Positions 54,041 to 64,000 of a stretch of DNA of 64,000 nt are shown here, piece by piece. Under the pieces are notes generated by a model that did not search any database, was not told the origin of the DNA, and was given only the letters and a program-made list of their open reading frames with translations. The translations under genes and the position numbers were made by a program. The stretch covers positions 64,001 through 128,000 of the forward strand of contig BK006948.2 in assembly GCA_000146045.2 (NCBI GenBank), read 5' to 3'. The stretch comes from TPA_inf: Saccharomyces. Its lineage: Eukaryota. Each line of letters begins with the position of its first letter. Position 1 is the stretch's first letter.

Positions 54041-55322
54041 TGGTAGCGCCTGTGCTTCGGTTACTTCTAAGGAAGTCCACACAAATCAAGATCCGTTAGA
54101 CGTTTCAGCTTCCAAAACAGAAGAATGTGAGAAGGCTTCCACTAAGGCTAACTCTCAACAGACAACAACACCTGCTTCATCAGCTGTTCCAGAGAACCCC
54201 CATCATGCCTCTCCTCAACCTGCTTCAGTACCACCTCCACAGAATGGGCCGTACCCACAGCAGTGCATGATGACCCAAAACCAAGCCAATCCATCTGGTT
54301 GGTCATTTTACGGACACCCATCTATGATTCCGTATACACCTTATCAAATGTCGCCTATGTACTTTCCACCTGGGCCACAATCACAGTTTCCGCAGTATCC
54401 ATCATCAGTTGGAACGCCTCTGAGCACTCCATCACCTGAGTCAGGTAATACATTTACTGATTCATCCTCAGCGGACTCTGATATGACATCCACTAAAAAA
54501 TATGTCAGACCACCACCAATGTTAACCTCACCTAATGACTTTCCAAATTGGGTTAAAACATACATCAAATTTTTACAAAACTCGAATCTCGGTGGTATTA
54601 TTCCGACAGTAAACGGAAAACCCGTACGTCAGATCACTGATGATGAACTCACCTTCTTGTATAACACTTTTCAAATATTTGCTCCCTCTCAATTCCTACC
54701 TACCTGGGTCAAAGACATCCTATCCGTTGATTATACGGATATCATGAAAATTCTTTCCAAAAGTATTGAAAAAATGCAATCTGATACCCAAGAGGCAAAC
54801 GACATTGTGACCCTGGCAAATTTGCAATATAATGGCAGTACACCTGCAGATGCATTTGAAACAAAAGTCACAAACATTATCAACAGACTGAACAATAATG
54901 GCATTCATATCAATAACAAGGTCGCATGCCAATTAATTATGAGAGGTCTATCTGGCGAATATAAATTTTTACGCTACACACGTCATCGACATCTAAATAT
55001 GACAGTCGCTGAACTGTTCTTAGATATCCATGCTATTTATGAAGAACAACAGGGATCGAGAAACAGCAAACCTAATTACAGGAGAAATCTGAGTGATGAG
55101 AAGAATGATTCTCGCAGCTATACGAATACAACCAAACCCAAAGTTATAGCTCGGAATCCTCAAAAAACAAATAATTCGAAATCGAAAACAGCCAGGGCTC
55201 ACAATGTATCCACATCTAATAACTCTCCCAGCACGGACAACGATTCCATCAGTAAATCAACTACTGAACCGATTCAATTGAACAATAAGCACGACCTTCA
55301 CCTTAGGCCAGGAACTTACTGA
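54000..55322 (+). CDS. Ty1 Gag (TYA), 440 aa
   Basis: The ORF starts [21 protein letters not shown]... The 440-aa length is characteristic of Ty1 (Ty2 TYA is 438 aa). Confidence 0.92.
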   Translation: MESQQLSNYPQISHGSACASVTSKEVHTNQDPLDVSASKTEECEKASTKANSQQTTTPASSAVPENPHHASPQPASVPPPQNGPYPQQCMMTQNQANPSGWSFYGHPSMIPYTPYQMSPMYFPPGPQSQFPQYPSSVGTPLSTPSPESGNTFTDSSSADSDMTSTKKYVRPPPMLTSPNDFPNWVKTYIKFLQNSNLGGIIPTVNGKPVRQITDDELTFLYNTFQIFAPSQFLPTWVKDILSVDYTDIMKILSKSIEKMQSDTQEANDIVTLANLQYNGSTPADAFETKVTNIINRLNNNGIHINNKVACQLIMRGLSGEYKFLRYTRHRHLNMTVAELFLDIHAIYEEQQGSRNSKPNYRRNLSDEKNDSRSYTNTTKPKVIARNPQKTNNSKSKTARAHNVSTSNNSPSTDNDSISKSTTEPIQLNNKHDLHLRPGTY

Positions 55323-58300
55323 ATCTACGGTAAATCACACTAATCATTCTGATGATGAACTCCCTGGACACCTCCTTCTCGATTCAGGAGCATCACGAAC
55401 CCTTATAAGATCTGCTCATCACATACACTCAGCATCATCTAATCCTGACATAAACGTAGTTGATGCTCAAAAAAGAAATATACCAATTAACGCTATTGGT
55501 GACCTACAATTTCACTTCCAGGACAACACCAAAACATCAATAAAGGTATTGCACACTCCTAACATAGCCTATGACTTACTCAGTTTGAATGAATTGGCTG
55601 CAGTAGATATCACAGCATGCTTTACCAAAAACGTCTTAGAACGATCTGACGGCACTGTACTTGCACCTATCGTAAAATATGGAGACTTTTACTGGGTATC
55701 TAAAAAGTACTTGCTTCCATCAAATATCTCCGTACCCACCATCAATAATGTCCATACAAGTGAAAGTACACGCAAATATCCTTATCCTTTCATTCATCGA
55801 ATGCTTGCACATGCCAATGCACAGACAATTCGATACTCACTTAAAAATAACACCATCACGTATTTTAACGAATCAGATGTCGACTGGTCTAGTGCTATTG
55901 ACTATCAATGTCCTGATTGTTTAATCGGCAAAAGCACCAAACACAGACATATCAAAGGTTCACGACTAAAATACCAAAATTCATACGAACCCTTTCAATA
56001 CCTACATACTGACATATTTGGTCCAGTTCACAACCTACCAAAAAGTGCACCATCCTATTTCATCTCATTTACTGATGAGACAACAAAATTCCGTTGGGTT
56101 TATCCATTACACGACCGTCGCGAGGACTCTATCCTCGATGTTTTTACTACGATACTAGCTTTTATTAAGAACCAGTTTCAGGCCAGTGTCTTGGTTATAC
56201 AAATGGACCGTGGTTCTGAGTATACTAACAGAACTCTCCATAAATTCCTTGAAAAAAATGGTATAACTCCATGCTATACAACCACAGCGGATTCCCGAGC
56301 ACATGGAGTCGCTGAACGGCTCAACCGTACCTTATTAGATGACTGCCGTACTCAACTGCAATGTAGTGGTTTACCGAACCATTTATGGTTCTCTGCAATC
56401 GAATTTTCTACTATTGTGAGAAATTCACTAGCTTCACCTAAAAGCAAAAAATCTGCAAGACAACATGCTGGCTTGGCAGGACTTGATATCAGTACTTTGT
56501 TACCTTTCGGTCAACCTGTTATCGTCAATGATCACAACCCTAACTCCAAAATACATCCTCGTGGCATCCCAGGCTACGCTCTACATCCGTCTCGAAACTC
56601 TTATGGATATATCATCTATCTTCCATCCTTAAAGAAGACAGTAGATACAACTAACTATGTTATTCTTCAGGGCAAGGAATCCAGATTAGATCAATTCAAT
56701 TACGACGCACTCACTTTCGATGAAGACTTAAACCGTTTAACTGCTTCATATCAATCGTTCATTGCGTCAAATGAGATCCAACAATCCGATGATCTTAACA
56801 TAGAATCTGACCATGACTTCCAATCTGACATCGAACTACATCCTGAGCAACCGAGAAATGTCCTTTCAAAAGCTGTGAGTCCAACCGATTCCACACCTCC
56901 GTCAACTCATACTGAAGATTCGAAACGTGTTTCTAAAACCAATATTCGCGCACCCAGAGAAGTTGACCCCAACATATCTGAATCTAATATTCTTCCATCA
57001 AAGAAGAGATCTAGCACCCCCCAAATTTCCAATATCGAGAGTACCGGTTCGGGTGGTATGCATAAATTAAATGTTCCTTTACTTGCTCCCATGTCCCAAT
57101 CTAACACACATGAGTCGTCGCACGCCAGTAAATCTAAAGATTTCAGACACTCAGACTCGTACAGTGAAAATGAGACTAATCATACAAACGTACCAATATC
57201 CAGTACGGGTGGTACCAACAACAAAACTGTTCCGCAGATAAGTGACCAAGAGACTGAGAAAAGGATTATACACCGTTCACCTTCAATCGATGCTTCTCCA
57301 CCGGAAAATAATTCATCGCACAATATTGTTCCTATCAAAACGCCAACTACTGTTTCTGAACAGAATACCGAGGAATCTATCATCGCTGATCTCCCACTCC
57401 CTGATCTACCTCCAGAATCTCCTACCGAATTCCCTGACCCATTTAAAGAACTCCCACCGATAAATTCTCATCAAACTAATTCCAGTTTGGGTGGTATTGG
57501 TGACTCTAATGCCTATACTACTATCAACAGTAAGAAAAGATCATTAGAAGATAATGAAACTGAAATTAAGGTATCACGAGACACATGGAATACTAAGAAT
57601 ATGCGTAGTTTAGAACCTCCGAGATCGAAGAAACGAATTCACCTGATTGCAGCTGTAAAAGCAGTAAAATCAATCAAACCAATACGGACAACCTTACGAT
57701 ACGATGAGGCAATCACCTATAATAAAGATATTAAAGAAAAAGAAAAATATATCGAGGCATACCACAAAGAAGTCAATCAACTGTTGAAGATGAAAACTTG
57801 GGACACTGACGAATATTATGACAGAAAAGAAATAGACCCTAAAAGAGTAATAAACTCAATGTTTATCTTCAACAAGAAACGTGACGGTACTCATAAAGCT
57901 AGATTTGTTGCAAGAGGTGATATTCAGCATCCTGACACTTACGACTCAGGCATGCAATCCAATACCGTACATCACTATGCATTAATGACATCCCTGTCAC
58001 TTGCATTAGACAATAACTACTATATTACACAATTAGACATATCTTCGGCATATTTGTATGCAGACATCAAAGAAGAATTATACATAAGACCTCCACCACA
58101 TTTAGGAATGAATGATAAGTTGATACGTTTGAAGAAATCACTTTATGGATTGAAACAAAGTGGAGCGAACTGGTACGAAACTATCAAATCATACCTGATA
58201 AAACAGTGTGGTATGGAAGAAGTTCGTGGATGGTCATGCGTATTTAAGAATAGTCAAGTAACAATATGTTTATTTGTTGACGACATGATTTTATTCAGCA

Positions 58301-59268
58301 AAGACTTAAATGCAAATAAGAAAATCATAACAACACTCAAGAAACAATACGATACAAAGATAATAAATCTGGGTGAAAGTGATAACGAAATTCAGTACGA
58401 CATACTTGGCTTAGAAATCAAATATCAAAGAGGTAAATACATGAAATTAGGTATGGAAAACTCATTAACTGAGAAAATACCCAAATTAAACGTACCTTTG
58501 AATCCAAAAGGAAGAAAACTTAGCGCTCCAGGTCAACCAGGTCTTTATATAGACCAGGATGAACTAGAAATAGATGAAGATGAATACAAAGAGAAGGTAC
58601 ATGAAATGCAAAAGTTGATTGGTCTAGCTTCATATGTTGGATATAAATTTAGATTTGACTTACTATACTACATCAACACACTTGCTCAACATATACTATT
58701 CCCCTCTAGGCAAGTTTTAGACATGACATATGAGTTGATACAATTCATGTGGGACACTAGAGATAAACAACTGATATGGCACAAAAACAAACCTACCGAG
58801 CCAGATAATAAACTAGTCGCAATAAGTGATGCTTCGTATGGCAACCAACCGTATTATAAATCACAAATTGGCAACATATATTTACTTAATGGAAAGGTAA
58901 TTGGAGGAAAGTCCACCAAGGCTTCATTAACATGTACTTCAACTACGGAAGCAGAAATACACGCGATAAGTGAATCTGTCCCATTATTAAATAATCTAAG
59001 TTACCTGATACAAGAACTTAACAAGAAACCAATTATTAAAGGCTTACTTACTGATAGTAGATCAACGATCAGTATAATTAAGTCTACAAATGAAGAGAAA
59101 TTTAGAAACAGATTTTTTGGCACAAAGGCAATGAGACTTAGAGATGAAGTATCAGGTAATAATTTATACGTATACTACATCGAGACCAAGAAGAACATTG
59201 CTGATGTGATGACAAAACCTCTTCCGATAAAAACATTCAAACTATTAACAAACAAATGGATTCATTAG
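55306..59268 (+). CDS. Ty1 Pol (TYB: protease, integrase, reverse transcriptase/RNase H), expressed as a Gag-Pol fusion by +1 frameshift at CTTAGGC (55302-55308)
   Basis: The frameshift heptamer CTT-AGG-C is in the Gag frame at 55302. The +1 frame is open from there to the stop at 59268. The integrase HHCC and DD35E motifs and the RT YVDDM-like motif FVDDM are present. Confidence 0.88.
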   Translation, partial: GQELTESTVNHTNHSDDELPGHLLLDSGASRTLIRSAHHIHSASSNPDINVVDAQKRNIPINAIGDLQFHFQDNTKTSIKVLHTPNIAYDLLSLNELAAVDITACFTKNVLERSDGTVLAPIVKYGDFYWVSKKYLLPSNISVPTINNVHTSESTRKYPYPFIHRMLAHANAQTIRYSLKNNTITYFNESDVDWSSAIDYQCPDCLIGKSTKHRHIKGSRLKYQNSYEPFQYLHTDIFGPVHNLPKSAPSYFISFTDETTKFRWVYPLHDRREDSILDVFTTILAFIKNQFQASVLVIQMDRGSEYTNRTLHKFLEKNGITPCYTTTADSRAHGVAERLNRTLLDDCRTQLQCSGLPNHLWFSAIEFSTIVRNSLASPKSKKSARQHAGLAGLDISTLLPFGQPVIVNDHNPNSKIHPRGIPGYALHPSRNSYGYIIYLPSLKKTVDTTNYVILQGKESRLDQFNYDALTFDEDLNRLTASYQSFIASNEIQQSDDLNIESDHDFQSDIELHPEQPRNVLSKAVSPTDSTPPSTHTEDSKRVSKTNIRAPREVDPNISESNILPSKKRSSTPQISNIESTGSGGMHKLNVPLLAPMSQSNTHESSHASKSKDFRHSDSYSENETNHTNVPISSTGGTNNKTVPQISDQETEKRIIHRSPSIDASPPENNSSHNIVPIKTPTTVSEQNTEESIIADLPLPDLPPESPTEFPDPFKELPPINSHQTNSSLGGIGDSNAYTTINSKKRSLEDNETEIKVSRDTWNTKNMRSLEPPRSKKRIHLIAAVKAVKSIKPIRTTLRYDEAITYNKDIKEKEKYIEAYHKEVNQLLKMKTWDTDEYYDRKEIDPKRVINSMFIFNKKRDGTHKARFVARGDIQHPDTYDSGMQSNTVHHYALMTSLSLALDNNYYITQLDISSAYLYADIKEELYIRPPPHLGMNDKLIRLKKSLYGLKQSGANWYETIKSYLIKQCGMEEVRGWSCVFKNSQVTICLFVDDMILFSKDLNANKKIITTLKKQYDTKIINLGESDNEIQYDILGLEIKYQRGKYMKLGMENSLTEKIPKLNVPLNPKGRKLSAPGQPGLYIDQDELEIDEDEYKEKVHEMQKLIGLASYVGYKFRFDLLYYINTLAQHILFPSRQVLDMTYELIQFMWDTRDKQLIWHKNKPTEPDNKLVAISDASYGNQPYYKSQIGNIYLLNGKVIGGKSTKASLTCTSTTEAEIHAISESVPLLNNLSYLIQELNKKPIIKGLLTDSRSTISIIKSTNEEKFRNRFFGTKAMRLRDEVSGNNLYVYYIETKKNIADVMTKPLPIKTFKLLTNKWIH

Positions 59269-59290
59269 ATCTATTACATTATGGGTGGTA

Positions 59291-59628
59291 TGTTGGAATA
59301 AAAATCCACTATCGTCTATCAACTAATAGTTATATTATCAATATATTATCATATACGGTGTTAAGATGATGACATAAGTTATGAGAAGCTGTCATCGATG
59401 TTAGAGGAAGCTGAAACGCAAGGATTGATAATGTAATAGGATCAATGAATATAAACATATAAAACGGAATGAGGAATAATCGTAATATTAGTATGTAGAA
59501 ATATAGATTCCATTTTGAGGATTCCTATATCCTCGAGGAGAACTTCTAGTATATTCTGTATACCTAATATTATAGCCTTTATCAACAATGGAATCCCAAC
59601 AATTATCTCAACATTCACCCATTTCTCA
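59291..59628 (+). repeat. Ty1 3' LTR (delta)
   Basis: TGTTGGAATAAAAATCCAC...CATTCACCCATTTCTCA, followed by the CCTTC target-site duplication. Confidence 0.9.
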
Positions 59629-60000
59629 CCTTCAGCTCAAATCCTCATCCCGGAACCTTTTTTCTTATTTGTTCCCTCTTCTACTACAAGAGCTTTCAAA
59701 TTGTAGTCAAAAACCCGCTTTACTAAAAAAACATCGCCAAAAAAATTTCCAAAATCGCTCGTCTTGCCACTAAAAGTATGCAAAATATTATGTGAAGCAA
59801 AGTTATTTCGTGTCTTCCGCCTAACAGAACGTAAGCAGTTGACCATACTTTAGTATAGAGTACGAAAAAACACAAAGAATACCTTAATAAAATAAACATT
59901 GTCGTTCGCTAGGAAAACGGTAACGAAAACAAAAAACTAAAAGAAGAAAAGAGGCAGGACGCAGTAAAAGCAAGAAAACTGCTTTTTTTTCATGGCTGAA

Positions 60001-61830
60001 ATGAAGAATTCGACAGCTGCTAGTTCCAGATGGACGAAGAGTCGTCTCTCCCATTTCTTTCCCTCGTACACTAATAGCAGTGGTATGGGGGCCGCCTCAA
60101 CTGATCAATCTTCTACGCAGGGAGAAGAACTGCACCATAGGAAGCACTGTGAAGAAGACAATGATGGTCAAAAACCGAAAAAGTCTCCCGTATCCACCTC
60201 TACAATGCAAATAAAATCTAGACAGGATGAGGACGAGGATGACGGTCGAATTGTCATTAAACCAGTTAACGATGAAGATGATACATCAGTGATTATAACT
60301 TTCAATCAGTCAATATCCCCTTTTATTATTACATTGACATTCGTTGCGTCCATTTCTGGGTTCATGTTTGGTTATGATACTGGTTACATATCGAGTGCGC
60401 TAATTTCTATCAATAGAGATTTAGACAACAAAGTTTTAACTTATGGAGAAAAAGAATTAATTACGGCCGCCACATCATTGGGCGCTTTGATTACAAGTGT
60501 GGGCGCTGGTACTGCTGCTGATGTGTTTGGAAGAAGACCATGTTTAATGTTCTCCAATCTGATGTTTTTGATCGGAGCAATTTTACAAATTACCGCGCAC
60601 AAGTTTTGGCAAATGGCGGCCGGTAGACTGATTATGGGTTTCGGTGTCGGTATTGGTTCTTTGATTTCTCCTCTTTTTATTAGTGAAATTGCTCCTAAGA
60701 TGATCAGGGGTAGGTTAACCGTTATAAATTCCCTATGGCTGACAGGTGGTCAATTGATTGCTTACGGTTGTGGTGCGGGCCTGAACCACGTCAAAAACGG
60801 TTGGAGAATCTTAGTTGGTTTGTCCTTGATACCTACTGTTTTGCAGTTTTCTTTTTTCTGTTTTTTGCCGGATACACCAAGATACTACGTAATGAAAGGC
60901 GATTTAAAGAGAGCAAAAATGGTTCTCAAACGAAGTTACGTAAACACTGAAGATGAAATAATTGATCAAAAAGTTGAAGAATTATCTAGCTTAAATCAAT
61001 CGATACCAGGAAAAAATCCAATAACAAAATTCTGGAATATGGTCAAGGAATTGCACACTGTGCCTTCAAATTTCAGAGCTTTGATTATTGGTTGTGGTCT
61101 ACAAGCCATTCAACAATTCACAGGTTGGAATTCCTTAATGTATTTCTCCGGTACAATATTTGAAACTGTTGGATTCAAAAATTCTTCTGCCGTTTCTATT
61201 ATTGTCTCAGGTACTAATTTTGTGTTCACATTAATAGCATTTTTCTGTATTGATAAAATCGGCCGTAGGTACATTTTACTGATTGGACTACCTGGTATGA
61301 CTGTGGCGCTGGTTATATGTGCTATAGCGTTCCATTTCCTAGGTATTAAGTTTAACGGTGCTGATGCAGTAGTGGCATCTGATGGATTTTCATCTTGGGG
61401 CATTGTCATTATCGTATTTATTATTGTGTATGCAGCCTTTTATGCCCTCGGTATCGGCACTGTTCCATGGCAACAATCGGAATTATTTCCACAAAACGTC
61501 AGAGGTGTAGGGACATCCTACGCTACTGCCACCAATTGGGCAGGTTCTTTAGTCATTGCGTCTACGTTCTTGACTATGTTACAAAATATTACACCAACGG
61601 GTACATTTTCATTCTTTGCCGGTGTAGCATGTTTATCAACCATTTTTTGTTACTTTTGTTATCCAGAACTATCAGGATTGGAGTTAGAGGAAGTTCAAAC
61701 AATTTTAAAGGACGGATTCAATATCAAAGCCTCTAAAGCTCTAGCTAAAAAGAGGAAACAACAGGTGGCCGAAGGTGCTGCCCATCATAAACTCAAATTC
61801 GAACCTACACAGGAAATTGTAGAAAGTTAG
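60001..61830 (+). CDS. ITR2: Myo-inositol transporter of the sugar-porter MFS family
   Basis: The ORF track gives 59992-61830 (612 aa). Remembered Itr2 is 609 aa starting MKNSTAASS, so the start is at 60001. It has 12 TM helices and sugar-transporter motifs (GRR, PESPR-like, PETKG-like). Confidence 0.82.
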
Positions 61831-61996
61831 ACTGCTACACCAACAAAAAATAAAAGATAAAGAACAAAAAAGAAGGAAGAAAGCTATAAAAGGGAGACAA
61901 TTCATTTCATCTAATCTTAAAAGTTTTTATTTAAATATATAAGTAAGAGCGAAGTATTTAAAAATAAAAATTCATAAAAGTTGAGCTTGATGAAAG

Positions 61997-62689
61997 TTAT
62001 ATCTTTTCGAGCGGTATGTTTCTTTCGTGTAAAATTCTTCTTAAAGTATCTAACTTCTCCTCATCTTTCAAGTTTCCTTTAACTACAACTTTTTGGATCA
62101 ATTCAACGGGAATACTGCTGCTTAAGTAAACATTATTGAGCGACCTGAACATTTTCAAAGTTTGAAAGAATAATGGAGAATGGCAGTCGATGAAAATATA
62201 GACGTTACTTGAAGAACGCATTCCACTAATAACTCCCTTCGCGTGCAACATCCCCGGCGATAAATGGACATGATTTCTACTCATTGGTGATATTGCTCCG
62301 GATTCAATAATCTTTATGACAGATTGAAGATTTGTTCCATGAATTAGTTCCTGTGGTAACTGCGACGCTTCAGTAATTGGTACGAGAACCTCATCTGATG
62401 GCTGAATCGATTTGATTGAATGTCCCTGAGTAGCACAGATCCATTCTTCGTCCGCTCCTAACGTTTTTATATGAAAGCGTTGTTTGTCATTTTCCTTAAC
62501 AATGCGATGGATATCATCCACCGTACATTTATGAGTTTTCAATCTATTATGAGACAATAGTTCTTTCAGCGGTGTATAACCGTTTGAGTCAATAGTCAAC
62601 TTTTCTTTCACCGCTGTATGTCGAAGCAGATATGATAAAGCTTTGGAAAGCTGTACATCCCTTTTATCTTTTTGTAGTACCTGGCGCAT
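61997..62689 (-). CDS. TPT1: tRNA 2'-phosphotransferase (final step of tRNA splicing)
   Basis: The ORF track gives 61997-62701 (234 aa). Remembered Tpt1 is 230 aa, so the start is the Met at residue 5. The KptA/Tpt1 family motifs HGT and VHLS are present. Confidence 0.82.
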   Translation of the reverse strand: MRQVLQKDKRDVQLSKALSYLLRHTAVKEKLTIDSNGYTPLKELLSHNRLKTHKCTVDDIHRIVKENDKQRFHIKTLGADEEWICATQGHSIKSIQPSDEVLVPITEASQLPQELIHGTNLQSVIKIIESGAISPMSRNHVHLSPGMLHAKGVISGMRSSSNVYIFIDCHSPLFFQTLKMFRSLNNVYLSSSIPVELIQKVVVKGNLKDEEKLDTLRRILHERNIPLEKI

Positions 62690-62981
62690 TGTCAAGTCCA
62701 CCTTTCCCAGTCATTCTGCTCAATTCTGTAATAATGTATTATGCATTTTGCCATTATTTTGATGAGCTTTCCTCGCGTCACGGTGTCAGTAAAAAAGAAC
62801 AAATACATCACGAAGACAGAAATACGGACAAGAACCGCAGAAGACATTAAAGTCAAAACATGAAGCTTAATTCAACTCGTGTAAGTATCTTTAAAGGAGA
62901 TACACTTCCCATTCTTGAATTATTTTTTTATTTAATTTGCCTTATTTATTCAATTATTTATTATGTGAGCACCAGCTGAGT

Positions 62982-63920
62982 CTAAGACTTGAAATTAATT
63001 AATTCGGGCTGATTCAAACTTGAATGCATCAAAATATAAGATTGAATCAAAATGAAAAAATGGTAAAAAGCCGTACCAGAAATCAAGAGATGGAAAAGGT
63101 ACTCGGAATGATTCCAACCTTCTTCCTTTTTATTTCGTCTGAACAATGATTCAGGGAACCTGGTAACGTAAATTATAGATGCCGCTACCAAAGCCACAAG
63201 TTCCCACGTAATTGCGTTCACTTTTATCCTCTCTTTCAGGTTTTCTAAACCATCAAAGGTGATTATTGCGGTTAATAGTGGCAAGGAACAACACACTACT
63301 GATACCGAAATGAAGAAAACTGTTTTATTGAATCTTTTCGAGGAAATGAGTTTGTCCGTCAATATAAAAAAGTATGCCACTAATCCTATGAAGTTCATTA
63401 AAAGGGTAAAAATTTTGAAGAAAAACACGTAATCATAGAATAGATAATAAAGAATTGTGATTTGTGATGATATCAATAAGTTGATATTCGATAAATACGA
63501 AAACTTCTGCCAATGTTCGAGATGTTGTTGTAGAGAAATATTTTTGACGAAGTGATAAATGAAATGCACCATACAAAATACAAAAACGTTCAATAAATAA
63601 AAATTGAATACAATGTAGTCTGTCATTGTAGTGGTGGTGGGGAACAAAGGTATCAAATAAAAGTCCGTGAAAAATATTAGGAGACAAAATGACAGCATCG
63701 AACCCAAGAGATATATTAGTGCTACTAGTGACTCGTTCCTACTGGATTTATTTTTGTACTGTTTCTGCAATTTTGCCAAGTCATGGAATGGAAAACCCTT
63801 CTTTGTTTCTTTTGTCTCTGCATTCTCGTTCGAATCTGTCCCCCTAGTATCATTGCTCTCTTTCTCAGTGGTTGTCTCGCATTTGACTGGGCTTTGCTCT
63901 ATTGTAGTCAATGAAACCAT
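62982..63920 (-). CDS. IZH4: PAQR/Hly-III family membrane protein (Izh family)
   Basis: 312-aa ORF with 7 TM helices, matching remembered Izh4 in length and position. Confidence 0.78.
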   Translation of the reverse strand: MVSLTTIEQSPVKCETTTEKESNDTRGTDSNENAETKETKKGFPFHDLAKLQKQYKNKSSRNESLVALIYLLGSMLSFCLLIFFTDFYLIPLFPTTTTMTDYIVFNFYLLNVFVFCMVHFIYHFVKNISLQQHLEHWQKFSYLSNINLLISSQITILYYLFYDYVFFFKIFTLLMNFIGLVAYFFILTDKLISSKRFNKTVFFISVSVVCCSLPLLTAIITFDGLENLKERIKVNAITWELVALVAASIIYVTRFPESLFRRNKKEEGWNHSEYLFHLLISGTAFYHFFILIQSYILMHSSLNQPELINFKS

Positions 63921-64000
63921 ACTGTCAATATATATGTACCTTTATACCAATATTATATGCGCTGACAAGAACTTTAAGAAATTAATTTCCTTTTCTACTT

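Larger units (their letters stand above)
53703..59628 (+). mobile_element. Full-length Ty1 LTR retrotransposon (5926 bp) with intact TYA and TYB, flanked by a 5-bp target-site duplication CCTTC (53698-53702 and 59629-59633)
   Basis: 338-bp direct LTRs TGTTGG...TCTCA at both ends. PBS TGGTAGCGCC sits immediately after the 5' LTR, a Gag ORF and a Pol ORF are present, and identical CCTTC flanks lie on both sides. Confidence 0.95.

Noticed and set aside
59629-60000. Possible Ino2/Ino4 ICRE in the ITR2 promoter (tattatgtgaagc at about 59785)
   Set aside because: The TATGTGAA core lacks the CANNTG E-box required for bHLH binding. It is too weak to call.

Overview
This window reads as a well-annotated stretch of the Saccharomyces cerevisiae chromosome XV left arm, from the N-terminal part of RTC1 (YOL138C) to IZH4 (YOL101C), probably chrXV about 64-128 kb. 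The assignment comes from recognising the encoded proteins from memory (PFK27, MED7, HRT1, GAS4, ALR1, YGK3, RPL25, MDH2, TRM13, TRM11, HRP1, SMF1, RPS19A, RPL18A, MCH4, RRI2, MSN1, PAP2/TRF4, SKM1, MSB4, MDY2, SHR5, ZEO1, INO4, WSC3, NDJ1, ITR2, TPT1, IZH4). No database search was run. Gene density is high, with about 40 protein genes on both strands. Three ribosomal-protein genes (RPL25, RPS19A, RPL18A) carry a 5'-proximal spliceosomal intron with GTATGT or GTACGT donors, a TACTAAC branchpoint and a YAG acceptor; I placed the splice sites by hand. There are two Pol III tRNA genes: tRNA-Gly(UCC) on the minus strand and tRNA-Thr(AGU) on the plus strand. A solo delta LTR lies about 175 bp upstream of tRNA-Thr. 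A full-length, apparently intact Ty1 retrotransposon lies at 53703-59628, with 338-bp LTRs, a 5-bp target-site duplication CCTTC, TYA and TYB with the CTTAGGC +1 frameshift site, and the PBS TGGTAGCGCC. Repeats include a compound trinucleotide microsatellite, a 12-bp coding minisatellite in WSC3, a (TA)n(TG)n tract and a C14 homopolymer. I could read several plausible transcription-factor sites directly: Rap1 sites upstream of the three RP genes, CSREs upstream of MDH2, an MSE upstream of GAS4 and URS1 upstream of NDJ1. Two good ARS consensus matches are present. I found no CRISPR array, no prokaryote-like operon and no convincing novel system; this looks like an ordinary gene-dense yeast region with one transposition hotspot. 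My hand-counted coordinates may be off by 1 nt where homopolymer runs occur. A computational search would be needed to confirm the gene identities.
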